A stretch of 54,261 nt of DNA from Bosea sp. (in: a-proteobacteria). Lineage in GTDB: Bacteria; Pseudomonadota; Alphaproteobacteria; Rhizobiales; Beijerinckiaceae. A program made the translations under genes and the position numbers. How positions within the stretch are numbered: the stretch's first letter is position 1; each line of letters starts with the position of its first letter. Below, one piece after another: positions 26,401 to 36,426 of this stretch. A model generated the notes under the pieces. The model did not search any database. It was not told where the DNA came from and saw only the letters and a list, made by a program, of their open reading frames with translations. The stretch lies in assembly GCA_046593015.1 (NCBI GenBank), contig JBKJSB010000152.1, positions 1 to 54,261 of the forward strand, given 5' to 3'.

Positions 26401-27528
26401 TCAGCGCCGGGCGCTGACCGCTCCTGTCGTGACGTCGAAGCGCTGCGCGCCGGTGGGTAGATCGGCAAACAGCGCCGGGTCGGCTCCGGTCAGCCAGACC
26501 TGGCAGCCGAACCGGGTCAGAGCCTCATAGAGCGCCGCGCGCCGGCGTGGGTCGAGATGGGCGGCGATCTCGTCGAGCAGGACGAGCGGAGCGATTCCCG
26601 TCATCGCCGCGACAAGGCGGGCATGGGCGAGCACGAGTCCGATCAGCAGCGCCTTCTGCTCGCCGGTCGAGCCGAGTTCGGCGGGTATGTCCTTCTGGGC
26701 GTGACGGACGACGAGGTCCGACGCCTGCGGCCCGGCCAGCGTGCGCCCGGCGGCGCGGTCGCGGTTGCGGCCCTGGCGCAGCAGCGCGCGATAGGCGTCT
26801 TCGGCGTCGAGCGCCGGGCGGCTTTGCACCAGCGCGTCGATCTCCCCCGCCAGCATCAGGGACGCGTCGGGAAAGGGCGAAGCGGCATCGGCGTTGTCGG
26901 CGATGATCGCCGACAACCGCGCCACCGTCTCGGCGCGGGCGGCCGCGACCGCCACGCCGAGTTCGGCGATCTCGCGCTCGACCCCATCCAGCCAATGCGC
27001 CTCATGGGGCGTCTCCTCGAGGATGCGGTTGCGCGAGCGCAGCGCGCGTTCGAGCGCGTTCGAGCGCGCGGCGTGGGCGGGATCGACCGCCAGCACCAGC
27101 CGGTCGAGAAAACGGCGGCGGTCGCCGGCCGCGCCCCGGAACAACCCGTCAAGATCGGGCGTCAGCCAGACCAGCCGCAAATGCTCGCTGAAGGCCAGCG
27201 CCGAGCCGACCGATGCGCCGTCGATGCGGGCGAGGCGCGAGCGCTTGCCGTCCGCATCGGCTGGGCCCAGCCCCGCCCCGAGTCTGGGACCGTCCTCGGT
27301 AAGCGCGATCGAGACCGCAAACGAGCCAGGCCCGCTCTGGCGCGCCATCGAGGGCAACTCCGCCCGGCGCAGGCCCCGCCCCGGCGCAAACAGCGACAGC
27401 GCCTCCAGCAGGTTGGTCTTGCCGGCGCCATTCTCGCCAACAAGCGCAATGATTTGGCCCCCGATCACCAGATCGAGGGCCTCGTAGGAGCGGAAGTCCT
27501 GCAGGATCAGGCGCGCGACGGCGGCCAT
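26401..27528 (-). CDS. recF: DNA replication/repair protein RecF
   Basis: DFRSY, GENGAGKTNLLEA, RRRFLDRL, STGEQKALL, LLDEIAAHLD. Confidence 0.97.
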   Translation of the reverse strand: MAAVARLILQDFRSYEALDLVIGGQIIALVGENGAGKTNLLEALSLFAPGRGLRRAELPSMARQSGPGSFAVSIALTEDGPRLGAGLGPADADGKRSRLARIDGASVGSALAFSEHLRLVWLTPDLDGLFRGAAGDRRRFLDRLVLAVDPAHAARSNALERALRSRNRILEETPHEAHWLDGVEREIAELGVAVAAARAETVARLSAIIADNADAASPFPDASLMLAGEIDALVQSRPALDAEDAYRALLRQGRNRDRAAGRTLAGPQASDLVVRHAQKDIPAELGSTGEQKALLIGLVLAHARLVAAMTGIAPLVLLDEIAAHLDPRRRAALYEALTRFGCQVWLTGADPALFADLPTGAQRFDVTTGAVSARR

Positions 27529-27542
27529 GGCAGCAATGGCTG

Positions 27543-28658
27543 CTAGACGCGCATCGGCATCAGCACATAGAGCGCCGACGCTCCCTCGCGATCCTGGATC
27601 ACGGTCGGCGAGCCCGGATCGGCGAGCTTCAGCAAAGCTGTGTCGCCGTCAAGCTGCTGGGCGATGTCCATCAGATAGCGGGCGTTGAAGCCGATATCGA
27701 GCGGGCTCGAATCGTAGTCGACCTCGACCTCCTCGGTCGCTGAGCCTGAATCGGGATTGGTGACCGAGAGCGTCATCCGTCCATCGGCCATGGACAGCTT
27801 CACGGCGCGGCCGCGCTCGGAGGAGATGGTCGAGACGCGGTCGACCGAGGCCTGGAAATCGCTCTTGTCGACGGTCAGCAGCTTGTCGTTGCCGCTGGGG
27901 ATGACGCGCTGATAATCGGGGAAAGTGCCGTCGATCAGCTTCGAGGTCAGCACCACGGCCTGGGCCGCGACGCGGATCTTGGTGGCCGAAAGCTCGACCA
28001 GAACCTCGCTGTCGCCATCCTCCAGCAGCTTCTGGATTTCGGCGACGGCCTTGCGCGGCACGATCACGCCCGGCATCCCGACCGCGCCGGCGGGCGCGGG
28101 CGTGTCGACCCTGGCGAGGCGGTGGCCGTCGGTCGCGACCGCGCGCAGCAGGCTGCGGCCCTCGACCTCGATCGCATGCAGATAGATGCCGTTGAGATAG
28201 TAGCGCGTCTCCTCCGTCGAGATCGCGAACTGGGTCTTGTCGATCAGGCGCTTGAGTTCGCCCGCGGCCAGCTTGAAGCTGTGCGCCATCTCGCCAGCGG
28301 TGATGTCGGGAAAATCGCTCTCGGGCAGGGTCTGGAGCTGGAAGCGCGAGCGCCCGGAGCGCAGCACGAGTCCGGTGTCGCCGGTCGTCTCCAGCGAGAC
28401 CTGCGCGCCGTCGGGCAGCTTGCGCACGATGTCGTAGAGCGTATGGGCCGGCACCGTGGTCGCGCCGGACTCGGCGACGTCGGCCGGCACGGTCTCGACC
28501 ACCTCGATGTCGAGATCGGTCGCCTTAAGCCGCAGGCCGCCATCGGTCGCGCTGAGCAGGAGATTGGAGAGGATCGGGATCGTGTTGCGGCGCTCAACCA
28601 CGCGATGCACATGGCCCAGCGACTTCAGCAGCGTGGAACGTTCGACCGTGACCTTCAT
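27543..28658 (-). CDS. dnaN: DNA polymerase III beta sliding clamp
   Basis: VVERRNTIPILSN, ISTEETRYYLNG, VATDGHRLA, SKLIDGTFPDY, YVLMPMRV. Confidence 0.98.
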   Translation of the reverse strand: MKVTVERSTLLKSLGHVHRVVERRNTIPILSNLLLSATDGGLRLKATDLDIEVVETVPADVAESGATTVPAHTLYDIVRKLPDGAQVSLETTGDTGLVLRSGRSRFQLQTLPESDFPDITAGEMAHSFKLAAGELKRLIDKTQFAISTEETRYYLNGIYLHAIEVEGRSLLRAVATDGHRLARVDTPAPAGAVGMPGVIVPRKAVAEIQKLLEDGDSEVLVELSATKIRVAAQAVVLTSKLIDGTFPDYQRVIPSGNDKLLTVDKSDFQASVDRVSTISSERGRAVKLSMADGRMTLSVTNPDSGSATEEVEVDYDSSPLDIGFNARYLMDIAQQLDGDTALLKLADPGSPTVIQDREGASALYVLMPMRV

Positions 28659-28810
28659 AGCAATCGTCTTCTGGCATGGCTTGCGCCCGCGCGGTCGCGC
28701 GGGCGGCGGAATGGCCGCAGACATTGCCGGAGGGCGTCTGGCGGCGCAAGGCGCGATCGGTCGCAATCACCGCCAAAAGCACCGCTGTGCCGCACGTCAT
28801 AGCGAAAGGC

Positions 28811-30363
28811 TCACTCCTGCAGCATGCGCTTCAGAAGATCGACCTCGTCATGCAGCGAGCGATCCTCGGTGATCGCCTTCTCGATCTTGCGCACGGCGTG
28901 CAGCACCGTGGTGTGATCGCGACCGCCAAAGCGCCGGCCGATACGGGCAAGGAGCGCGGCGTCAGGGCCTTGGCGAGATACATCGCGATCTGGCGCGGCT
29001 TGACGACGGCCGCCGTGCGGCGCTCCGACAGGATATCGGCCCGGCTGACATTGTAGCGCGAGGCGACGAGCTTCTGGATCTCCTCGATCTTGACCCGGCG
29101 CGGCTCACGCGTCCGGACGAGATCGCGGATCGCGGCCTCGGCCGTCTCCAGCGTGACGGGCTGGCCAGACAGAGTGGCGTGGGCGAGCAGCCGGTTGGCC
29201 GCGCCGTCGAGATCGCGGCCATTGGTGGCGACGACGTGAGCGACATAGGCGACGACGTCCGCATTGACGTGGAAATTCGCGTGCGTGGCCTGCAGCGTGG
29301 CGAGCCGCGCGCCGATGATCTTGGCGCGCAGCTCCTCGTCGAGATCGCCGACCTCGACGACGAGACCGCCGCCGAGCCGCGAGCGGATGCGCTCGTCGAG
29401 CGCTTCGAGATCGTTGGCGAGCCGGTCGCCGGCGACGACGATCTGCTTGCCGGCGTCGATCAGCGCATTGATGGTGTGGCCGAATTCCTGCTGGATCGAG
29501 CGGCCCTGGATGAACTGCACGTCGTCGACCACGAGCAGGTCGATGCCGCGCAGCTTCTCCTTGAAGGCCAGCGCCGTCTGCGCCTTCAGCGCGGCGACGA
29601 AGCCGTACATGAAGCGGTCGGCGGTGAAATAGGCGACGCGCTTGCCGTGGCGGCGGGCCTCCTGCGCGACGGCCTGCAGCAGATGCGTCTTGCCCAGGCC
29701 GACGCCGGCATGGATGTAGAGCGGGTTGTAGGGCGTCTGGCCGGCGGGGGCGGCCGCGATGCGCTCGGCTGCGGCGAAGGCGAGCTGGTTCGACTTGCCG
29801 ACGATGAAGCTCTCAAAGCTCATGCGCCGGTCGAGCAGGGTCCCGCAGGCGTCGACCAGATCGGCCTCGAGGGTCGAGCCGGCCTGCTTCTCGACCGGCT
29901 TCTGGGCGACGGGCGAGGCGGCAGGCACAGCGGAGGCCGAACGCAGGCGCTGGGGCGCAGCCGTCTCGCAAATGATAGCGGGAGCCGTCTCGCGCGCCAC
30001 CTGGCGCACCGACAGCACGATGCCGTTCAGGCCCGGCAGCTCGGCCATGCAGTTGACCCGCAGCCGCTCGGCGTAATGCGCCTCGAGCCAGCTCTTCAGG
30101 AACCGGGTCGGCACGGTGAGATAGGCCACGCCGTCGACGATGACGCCGATCTCCACGCGGGCGAACCAGCTCGAGAACACGTCCTCGCCGAGTTCGGCGC
30201 GCAGACGGCGGCGGACCCGCTCCCAGGCTTCCGCAATCGAGACGGGCTTGGGTTCCCCGTCATCGTCACCGTCGCCATTCGCCAGCAGCGGCAGATCGGC
30301 GACCAGCGCCATCGGAGCCGCGACCGCCGCAATCGCCTCAGTCGTATCCGGTCGTTCGAACAT
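28811..30363 (-). CDS. dnaA: Chromosomal replication initiator DnaA; 1-nt frameshift at about 28943 in domain IV as sequenced
   Basis: [31 protein letters not shown]; conserved tail [28 protein letters not shown] continues in another frame to TGA at 28811. Confidence 0.93.
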
Positions 30364-30719
30364 CAGTTTGCCCCATCTTCTAAAATTCTGGCGCGCCTGG
30401 CGAAGACCGCCGCAATGCGGCAGCCCGCCGACGCTGTTGGCCGGTTAAAATGACGGGTCGCCCGCGCGACGGCCTCCAGCCGCGCAGGGTTCCCACCCCC
30501 GATTTCGTCGATTACGCTAGGCGGCTCGCCGCAGGCGAAACCACACCCCGTCTCAACTCAAGAAGACAAGGCACAGCATTCTCCAACCCCCCACAGGTCG
30601 CGAGCCAAAAACGCCGATCATCTTTCGGAAATCTCCGGCGGCCATTGCTGTCCGTCCGGCGATGAAAAGACCTTACAGGGCGCTCTCGAACGGGCGCAAT
30701 ATCCCTCTCAGCCGGCTTC

Positions 30720-31160
30720 GGAGACTCACCCCCGGCGCGAGCCGAAATGACCTACCGGCAAGCACATTGCAATTGGTTGGGGAACTTAAGATTTTCTTCA
30801 CCACGCCCCTGCCGGAAGGCTCGCGAATCTTTTTTTTTCGAACCGCGCCGGACGCCTCCAAGACTCCGGGCGATTCCTCGGCGCCAAATCGTTTGCCTGC
30901 TAAATTCATGAAATATATGAGCTTTTAATGCGCGGTCAAATTACCTGTCAGGGCCGTTTTCCGACCCTGAGACGCGCCCAAGAGTCAAGCGACCAAAGCC
31001 GTGCAAAGACTGCGGAATCGGCTTGCCAAGGGGCTCGAATCAGACATTTCATCCGCGTTGTAAATGCGCAACAGCGGGATCGTCAGCCAACGAAAAACCC
31101 GGCCTCGCGGCCGGGTTCGAAAACGTCGATTCAGAGCCGAAATCGGCCGTGATTCAGGCG
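30720..31160. promoter_or_regulatory. dnaA upstream control region, AT-rich with clustered GANTC (CcrM) sites
   Basis: GANTC at 30723, 30825, 30862, 30872, 30982, 31015, 31037, 31128, 31151. Confidence 0.55.
31093..31117 (-). terminator. Rho-independent terminator of rpsT
   Basis: Minus strand aacccggcc-gcga-ggccgggtt-ttt. Confidence 0.85.
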
Positions 31161-31420
31161 CCGAGAGCGCCGACCCGAGCCGACAGACGCGAGACCTTGC
31201 GCGAGGCGGTGTTCTTATGGACGACACCCTTCTGGGCGGCTCGCATGATCTCGGGCTGGGCTGCCTTGAGAGCGGCGGCGGCGGCGCTCTGGTCCCCCGA
31301 GGCAATCGCCTCCTCGACCTTCCGCAGGAAGGTGCGCATCCGCGAGCGGCGCGCCTTGTTGACCTCGGTGCGGCGCTCGATCTTGCGCGTCGCCTTTTTC
31401 GCCGACGTCGTATTGGCCAT
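31154..31420 (-). CDS. rpsT: 30S ribosomal protein S20
   Basis: [46 protein letters not shown]. Confidence 0.98.
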   Translation of the reverse strand: MANTTSAKKATRKIERRTEVNKARRSRMRTFLRKVEEAIASGDQSAAAAALKAAQPEIMRAAQKGVVHKNTASRKVSRLSARVGALGA

Positions 31421-31548
31421 CGGAAACGTCCCTGTCTTCATCGTGGCCGGACGCCCTGGCGTTCATGCCCGGCGGGAACCGACCGCTACCATCATGGAAA
31501 TGCGGGTGCGCTGACGTAAGGCTTTCGCCCGTCATCGCGAGAGGCTGG

Positions 31549-31577
31549 GCTATAGTGCCTGATCGGCCTGCCGTCAA
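31549..31577 (-). promoter_or_regulatory. Sigma70-type promoter of rpsT
   Basis: TTGACG-N17-TATAGC on the minus strand. Confidence 0.7.
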
Positions 31578-31613
31578 CGGCCGATTGCGCTCTTATGACG
31601 TTTGGACGACGGC

Positions 31614-32606
31614 TCAGGCGATGAAGCGGGCGAAGCTCGCCAGATCGACATTGCCGCCGCTGATGATGACCCCGACGCGCTTGCCCGCGACCGGCACGGC
31701 CCCGGAGAAGGCGGCCGCCGCCGCGAGGCATCCGGTCGGCTCGACCACGAGCTTCATTCGCTCGGCGAAGAAGGCCATGGCCTCGATAAGCTGCGCGTCG
31801 CTGACCGTCAGAATATCCTCGACCAGGGCCTGGATGATCGGGAAGGTGTAGTCGCCCAGAAACGGCGTCTGCGCGCCGTCGGCGATAGTTTTGGGCACCG
31901 CGATCTTGACGATCTTGCCGGAGCGGAACGATTGCTGCCCGTCATTGCCGGCTTCCGGCTCGACGCCATAGACGCGGCACGCCGGGTTCAGCGCCTTGGC
32001 GGCGAGCGCCGCGCCCGCGAGCAGGCCGCCGCCCCCGAGGCAGACCAGCAGGATGTCGAAGGGGCCGGCATCCTCGATCAGCTCCTTGGTCGCGGTGCCC
32101 TGGCCGGCGATGACGTCTGGGTGGTCGTAGGGCGGGATCAGCGTCAGCCCGCGCTCGGCGGCCATCCTGTTGCCGATTTCGAGCCGGTCCTGGGTATAGC
32201 GGTCATAGAGGACGACCTCCCCGCCATAGCCCCGCGTGGCGGCGACTTTTGCCGCGGGCGCATCGCCTGGCATGATGATCGTCGTCGGAACGCCGAGCAA
32301 CCGCCCGGACAGCGCGATCGCCTGGGCGTGGTTGCCAGACGAGAAGGTCAGCACGCCGGCGGTCTTCCGCTCAGCGCTTAGCGCCGAAATGGCGTTATAG
32401 CCGCCGCGGAACTTGAAGGCGCCCATGCGCTGCAGGTTTTCCGGCTTGAAGACGATGCTCGCGCCCGTGCGCTCGTCGGCGGTGCGGGAGGTCAGCGCCG
32501 GGGTGTGATGGGCGACGCCCTGGAGCCGGCCGGCGGCGATCTCGACGTCCTGATAGCTCGGCAGGACGAGGGGGCTTGCGGCCTCGATGCGTGCGGCGGC
32601 GGTCAT
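31614..32606 (-). CDS. PLP-dependent serine/threonine dehydratase family (threo-3-hydroxyaspartate ammonia-lyase-like)
   Basis: KPENLQRMGAFKFRGG, FSSGNHAQ, GQGT, GGGGL, VEPTG, ISGGNVD. Confidence 0.9.
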   Translation of the reverse strand: MTAAARIEAASPLVLPSYQDVEIAAGRLQGVAHHTPALTSRTADERTGASIVFKPENLQRMGAFKFRGGYNAISALSAERKTAGVLTFSSGNHAQAIALSGRLLGVPTTIIMPGDAPAAKVAATRGYGGEVVLYDRYTQDRLEIGNRMAAERGLTLIPPYDHPDVIAGQGTATKELIEDAGPFDILLVCLGGGGLLAGAALAAKALNPACRVYGVEPEAGNDGQQSFRSGKIVKIAVPKTIADGAQTPFLGDYTFPIIQALVEDILTVSDAQLIEAMAFFAERMKLVVEPTGCLAAAAAFSGAVPVAGKRVGVIISGGNVDLASFARFIA

Positions 32607-32730
32607 GCTGGCTTGATCCTGCGCTTGATGTGGCTCGTCGCCATGGTGTCAGCACAGTCGGGCGCGCTTCAAGTCAAAGAAAGTCGCGGCCGCCATGCAT
32701 CGCGTTGATCAATTCTGCCAGCGCCGCATT

Positions 32731-33642
32731 TCAGCCCCGGCGCGGCATGCGGAAGGGCAGCATCGCCTGCACGACCGTGCTCCTGAAGCGGTCGAGCGAG
32801 AGGCTCTCATGCATCGCGGTGACCGGCTCGCCGCCGAGATGCGTCCGCACCAGCGAGCGCCCATAGAAGGGCGTGTCCTCCAGCGTCTCGACGAGTTGCG
32901 CCGGCTGACCTGGATCGCCGCGCGTCTCGCGCGCTATGCGCCAGCCGCTCCTTGGCAAGGGCGCGACCGGCGGCGGGGTGAATTCGGTCGCCTTGCCCGT
33001 CCCATCGAAGCGCCAGCCAAAATCGAAGGGCTCGCCATCGCGGCGCGTGCCGCCATAGAGCACGGACGCGCCGTCACGCGTGTCCGCCCGCGACCAATGC
33101 CAGTCGCGAAAGCCGACCGCGATCGGGACGTCGCCCTGGTTCATGTCGAGATAGCCCGGCCCCCGCCAGCGCAGATCGGGCTCCGACAGATCCACCTCCA
33201 CCGTCGCGAGCGGCGCGATCGGCCACCAGCGGTGATTGCCGGCGGAATTGAGCGTCACGACATGGTCGGTGAGGGCGTGGGGCCGGACGCGCACCGTGCC
33301 GCGCACGCGACGCGGGACGGGCAAGGGCATGCCGATCTCGTCGATGGATATGATCAGGGTATCGCCGTCCCAGTGCAGGGCGCTCGGGCCGCTGGCGAGG
33401 CGTGCGGGCGCGACAGACACATGCCGGCGGCCGCGCTCGGTCATGGTCCAGCGCCCGACGCCTGGCCCATAGAGCGCGACATTGAGCGCGCAATGGTTCA
33501 GCGGATCGGCCGGACCACGCCGCCTCGCATGCGCATAGTAAGGAGAAAAGACGCTGCCGATGAAGGCGATGGTGCTCAGGCCATGGCGGCCGTCCTCGCT
33601 CAGCGCATCGGCATACCACCAGACATAGCCGCCCGGCGGCAC
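32731..33642 (-). CDS. crtC: Carotenoid 1,2-hydratase (hydroxyneurosporene synthase); start approximate
   Basis: PGGYVWWY.DA.S.DG, AFIGSVFSPYY, NVALYG, WTMTERG, HRWWPIAP, GYLD.N.G, LEDTPFY.RS, HESLSLDRF, MLPFRMPRR. Confidence 0.88.
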   Translation of the reverse strand: MPPGGYVWWYADALSEDGRHGLSTIAFIGSVFSPYYAHARRRGPADPLNHCALNVALYGPGVGRWTMTERGRRHVSVAPARLASGPSALHWDGDTLIISIDEIGMPLPVPRRVRGTVRVRPHALTDHVVTLNSAGNHRWWPIAPLATVEVDLSEPDLRWRGPGYLDMNQGDVPIAVGFRDWHWSRADTRDGASVLYGGTRRDGEPFDFGWRFDGTGKATEFTPPPVAPLPRSGWRIARETRGDPGQPAQLVETLEDTPFYGRSLVRTHLGGEPVTAMHESLSLDRFRSTVVQAMLPFRMPRRG

Positions 33643-33644
33643 GG

Positions 33645-34616
33645 CTACGTCAAAGCGCGGTCCGCCAGCAGCGCCTGTGCCGCGATCAACCCCGACAACG
33701 CCGCCATTGGCACGCCCGGTCCCGGATGGACCGAGCCGCCCGCCCAGTACAGTCCCGGCAGGCGCGAGCGCGAGCCCGGCCGGGCGAAGCTCGCCATCGC
33801 GCCATGGGTCGCCCGGCCGTAGAGCGCGCCCCCCGTCGCCGGATAGCGCTTCTCCCAATCGGCCGGCTGCATGGTCAGGACATGGTCCGGCTGGAGCCTG
33901 ACCGTCAGCCCGCAGGAGGCCAGCCGCGACAGGGGCGTGGCCAGGCATTGCGCGATCCGTTGTCGGTAAGGGGCCGTGGTCGCCGGTCGGCGGGGCGTTG
34001 ACGAGGATGAGCAGGCGCTCAGGGCCCGTCGACGGCGGTCCGGTCTCGTCACGGTCCTGCGCGCAGACATAGATCGTCGGCTCCGTCGGCAGCCGGCCGC
34101 GCTTGAAGATGGCGTCGAACTCGGCCCGGTAGTCGCGCGAGAAGAAGACATTGTGCCGGTGCAGCGGGAAGCCGGCCGTCTCAGCCACCGCCGACCATGT
34201 CAGCGCCGAGAGCGACCGGTCGGCCGGCTTGATCGCCGGCGCGAAGGGCGCGGCGTCCGGGCCGAACTGGCCCGACGCCATTGCGTTGACGTCGGCGTTG
34301 CTGACGACGGCGTCGCAAAACAGCGTCTCGCCGTCGCTCAGGCGCACGCCCGCCGCGCGGCCGCCGGCGACGACGATCTCGGAGACGGTCCTGCCATAGA
34401 CCAGCCGCGCGCCCTTCGCCGCAGCAAGCCCGGCCAGCGCCCGCGCCAGAGCGTGCATGCCGCCACCCACCATCCAGACGCCCTCCTGCTCGACATGGGC
34501 GACGAGCATCAGGGTTGCGGGCGCGGCATAAGGCGAGGAGCCGCAACAGGTGGCGTAGCGGCCAAACAGCTGGCGCAGGCGCTGGTCCTGAAAGGCCTTT
34601 CCGAGCGCGTCCCACA
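33645..34616 (-). pseudogene. crtD: 1-hydroxycarotenoid 3,4-desaturase, 5'-truncated and frameshifted
   Basis: [48 protein letters not shown], then after a shift near 33960 PATGGALYGRATHG, GGSVHPGPGVPMAALSG; FAD-binding N-terminus missing. Confidence 0.9.
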
Positions 34617-35030
34617 CTGGACGCAGAATTTCTCGCTGCGTTACGGCAACCTGTTCTACAACCCGTTCCACGCGCTCTCGATCGCCTTCCTCGACGGCTC
34701 GGCGCTGCTCTTCGCCATGCATGGCGCGACCATCCTCGCCGTCTCCCGCTATGGCGGCGACCGCGAGATCGAGCAGATCACCGATCGCGGCACGGCCTCG
34801 GAGCGCGCCGCCCTGTTCTGGCGCTGGACGATGGGCTTCAACGCCACGATGGAGTCGATCATCGCTAGGCCTGGTGGTTTGCGGTGCTCTGCACGCTGAC
34901 CGGCGGCATCGGCATCCTGCTGACGGGCACGGCGGTCGACAACTGGTACGAATGGGCGATCAAGCACAAATTCGCGCCCGCCGACCCGACCCTATGGCAG
35001 GAGATCGCCGTGCCTCCGCCCAAGGTCTGA
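34616..35030 (+). pseudogene. pufM: Photosynthetic reaction centre M subunit, 3' fragment with frameshift and stop
   Basis: [67 protein letters not shown], then shift near 34861 and TAG at 34866, then [27 protein letters not shown]. Confidence 0.95.
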
Positions 35031-35063
35031 TCCCGGACCAGTCCCAGGAGATGCGGCCACTCG

Positions 35064-35093
35064 AGGGGAGACCGGAAACGGTCTCCCCTTTCT
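35064..35093 (+). terminator. Terminator hairpin after pufM, possibly bidirectional
   Basis: aggggagaccg-gaaa-cggtctcccct-ttct, perfect 11-bp stem with GNRA loop. Confidence 0.8.
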
Positions 35094-35103
35094 GCATCCT
35101 CTT

Positions 35104-36411
35104 CTACGGCGAGACGCGATACTTCGCCGTGAGCCTGAGCCCGATCACCGAGACCAGCAGCGCAAACCAGACCGGATCGGCACGGCGAAAGAAGAAGCTC
35201 TCCAGGCAGGCCGAATAGATCGCAAACAGCCAGATCCGGAAGAACAGTTCAGCCAGCGCCTTGTTCTCGAAGGTCGGGATCACGCGGTGGTGGTCGCGCA
35301 AGGGCAGCAGGATCAGCACGATCATCGCCAGCACGAGGCCGGGGATGCCGAGCCCGATGACGAGATCGACATAGCCGTTATGGCCGTGGACCATGCCGTT
35401 GGAGATGCCGCTCTCATACTCCTTCGGCTCCGAGAACAGCACGAAATCGCTGCCCCAGAAGCCCTCGAAGCCATAGCCGAAGAGCGGGCGGTCCCAGAGC
35501 CGGTCGAGCGCGAAACGCCAGATCTCGGTGCGGCCGGTGAAGGTCTGACCGGGACTGACCGACTGCACGATCTCGTTGATCGACGGGTAGAGCACCGAGC
35601 CGATCGTCGCCGTCAGCAGCAGAGCGAGCGGGCCCAGCGCGATCAGCGCCCGGAGCCACAGGCTCCTGATCCGCGCGCAGGCGAAGCCGACCAACACGAC
35701 GAAGGGGCCCAGCCCCATCGAGGTCTTCGAGCCGGTCATGAACAGGAAGGTCGCCGCCAGACCGAGGATGACCAGCCCGAACCGCATCGAATAGGAGGCG
35801 GCGACGAAGATGCCGATCAGCATCAGGATGACCATCATCGCGCCGGCGATATTCTTGTGGTCGAACAGGCCGCGCCAGGCGCCAGCATGCTCGGGCTCCA
35901 GTACGTCGCCGCCGGAATGGATCGCGACGTCGCGGAAGACGACGAGGCCGGCATAGCAGATCAGCAGCACGATCAACGCGGCCGTGCCCAGCAGCAGCGC
36001 GAAATGGCGCTGGCCGCGCGGCAGCAGCGGCAGCGTGCCGGCGATCACCAGCACCACCAGCGTGAAGCGCAGCGCCCGCATCGAGATTTCGGGATTGGCC
36101 GAATAGACCACGCCGACGACCATCCAGGCGATCAGCACCAGCCAGGCCGGCCTGATATAAGCCAGCGCCGCCCGCCCGCCGGAGCCTGCCGCGCAGAACA
36201 GCCCCAGCACCGCCATCAGCGAAAAGGCGATCTGGTTGACGACATTGCTCGTGTTCTCGGTTTCGACGGTGTAGGTGCCCTTGAAGGGCGCGGTCGAGAC
36301 CCAGACCAGCAGCAGCGCCGCGACGAAGACGATGCTGCGCAGATGATAGCCGGCGTCGGCGGAAAGGTCCGCCGCGCCTGTGTGTGTGTCGGTCGTGCCG
36401 GTCGCGCTCAT
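35104..36411 (-). CDS. O-antigen ligase/Wzy-like polysaccharide polymerase
   Basis: Multiple TM helices; WRGLFDHKN, SKTS, TFTGRTEIW, GYGFEGFW, HGHNGY. Confidence 0.88.
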   Translation of the reverse strand: MSATGTTDTHTGAADLSADAGYHLRSIVFVAALLLVWVSTAPFKGTYTVETENTSNVVNQIAFSLMAVLGLFCAAGSGGRAALAYIRPAWLVLIAWMVVGVVYSANPEISMRALRFTLVVLVIAGTLPLLPRGQRHFALLLGTAALIVLLICYAGLVVFRDVAIHSGGDVLEPEHAGAWRGLFDHKNIAGAMMVILMLIGIFVAASYSMRFGLVILGLAATFLFMTGSKTSMGLGPFVVLVGFACARIRSLWLRALIALGPLALLLTATIGSVLYPSINEIVQSVSPGQTFTGRTEIWRFALDRLWDRPLFGYGFEGFWGSDFVLFSEPKEYESGISNGMVHGHNGYVDLVIGLGIPGLVLAMIVLILLPLRDHHRVIPTFENKALAELFFRIWLFAIYSACLESFFFRRADPVWFALLVSVIGLRLTAKYRVSP

Positions 36412-36426
36412 CGGCCTTGCGTGCCG

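Noticed and set aside
30364-31153. Possible oriC next to dnaA
   Set aside because: No convincing TTATCCACA-like boxes seen; treated as a promoter/leader region
32731-34722. 663-aa ORF that looks like a novel CrtD-CrtC fusion enzyme
   Set aside because: It is a by-product of decay: antisense pufM, mid-crtD, out-of-frame crtD, then crtC; it lacks the FAD-binding N-terminus
33976-34899. 307-aa plus-strand ORF ending in PufM sequence
   Set aside because: Its first two-thirds are antisense crtD read through the deletion junction
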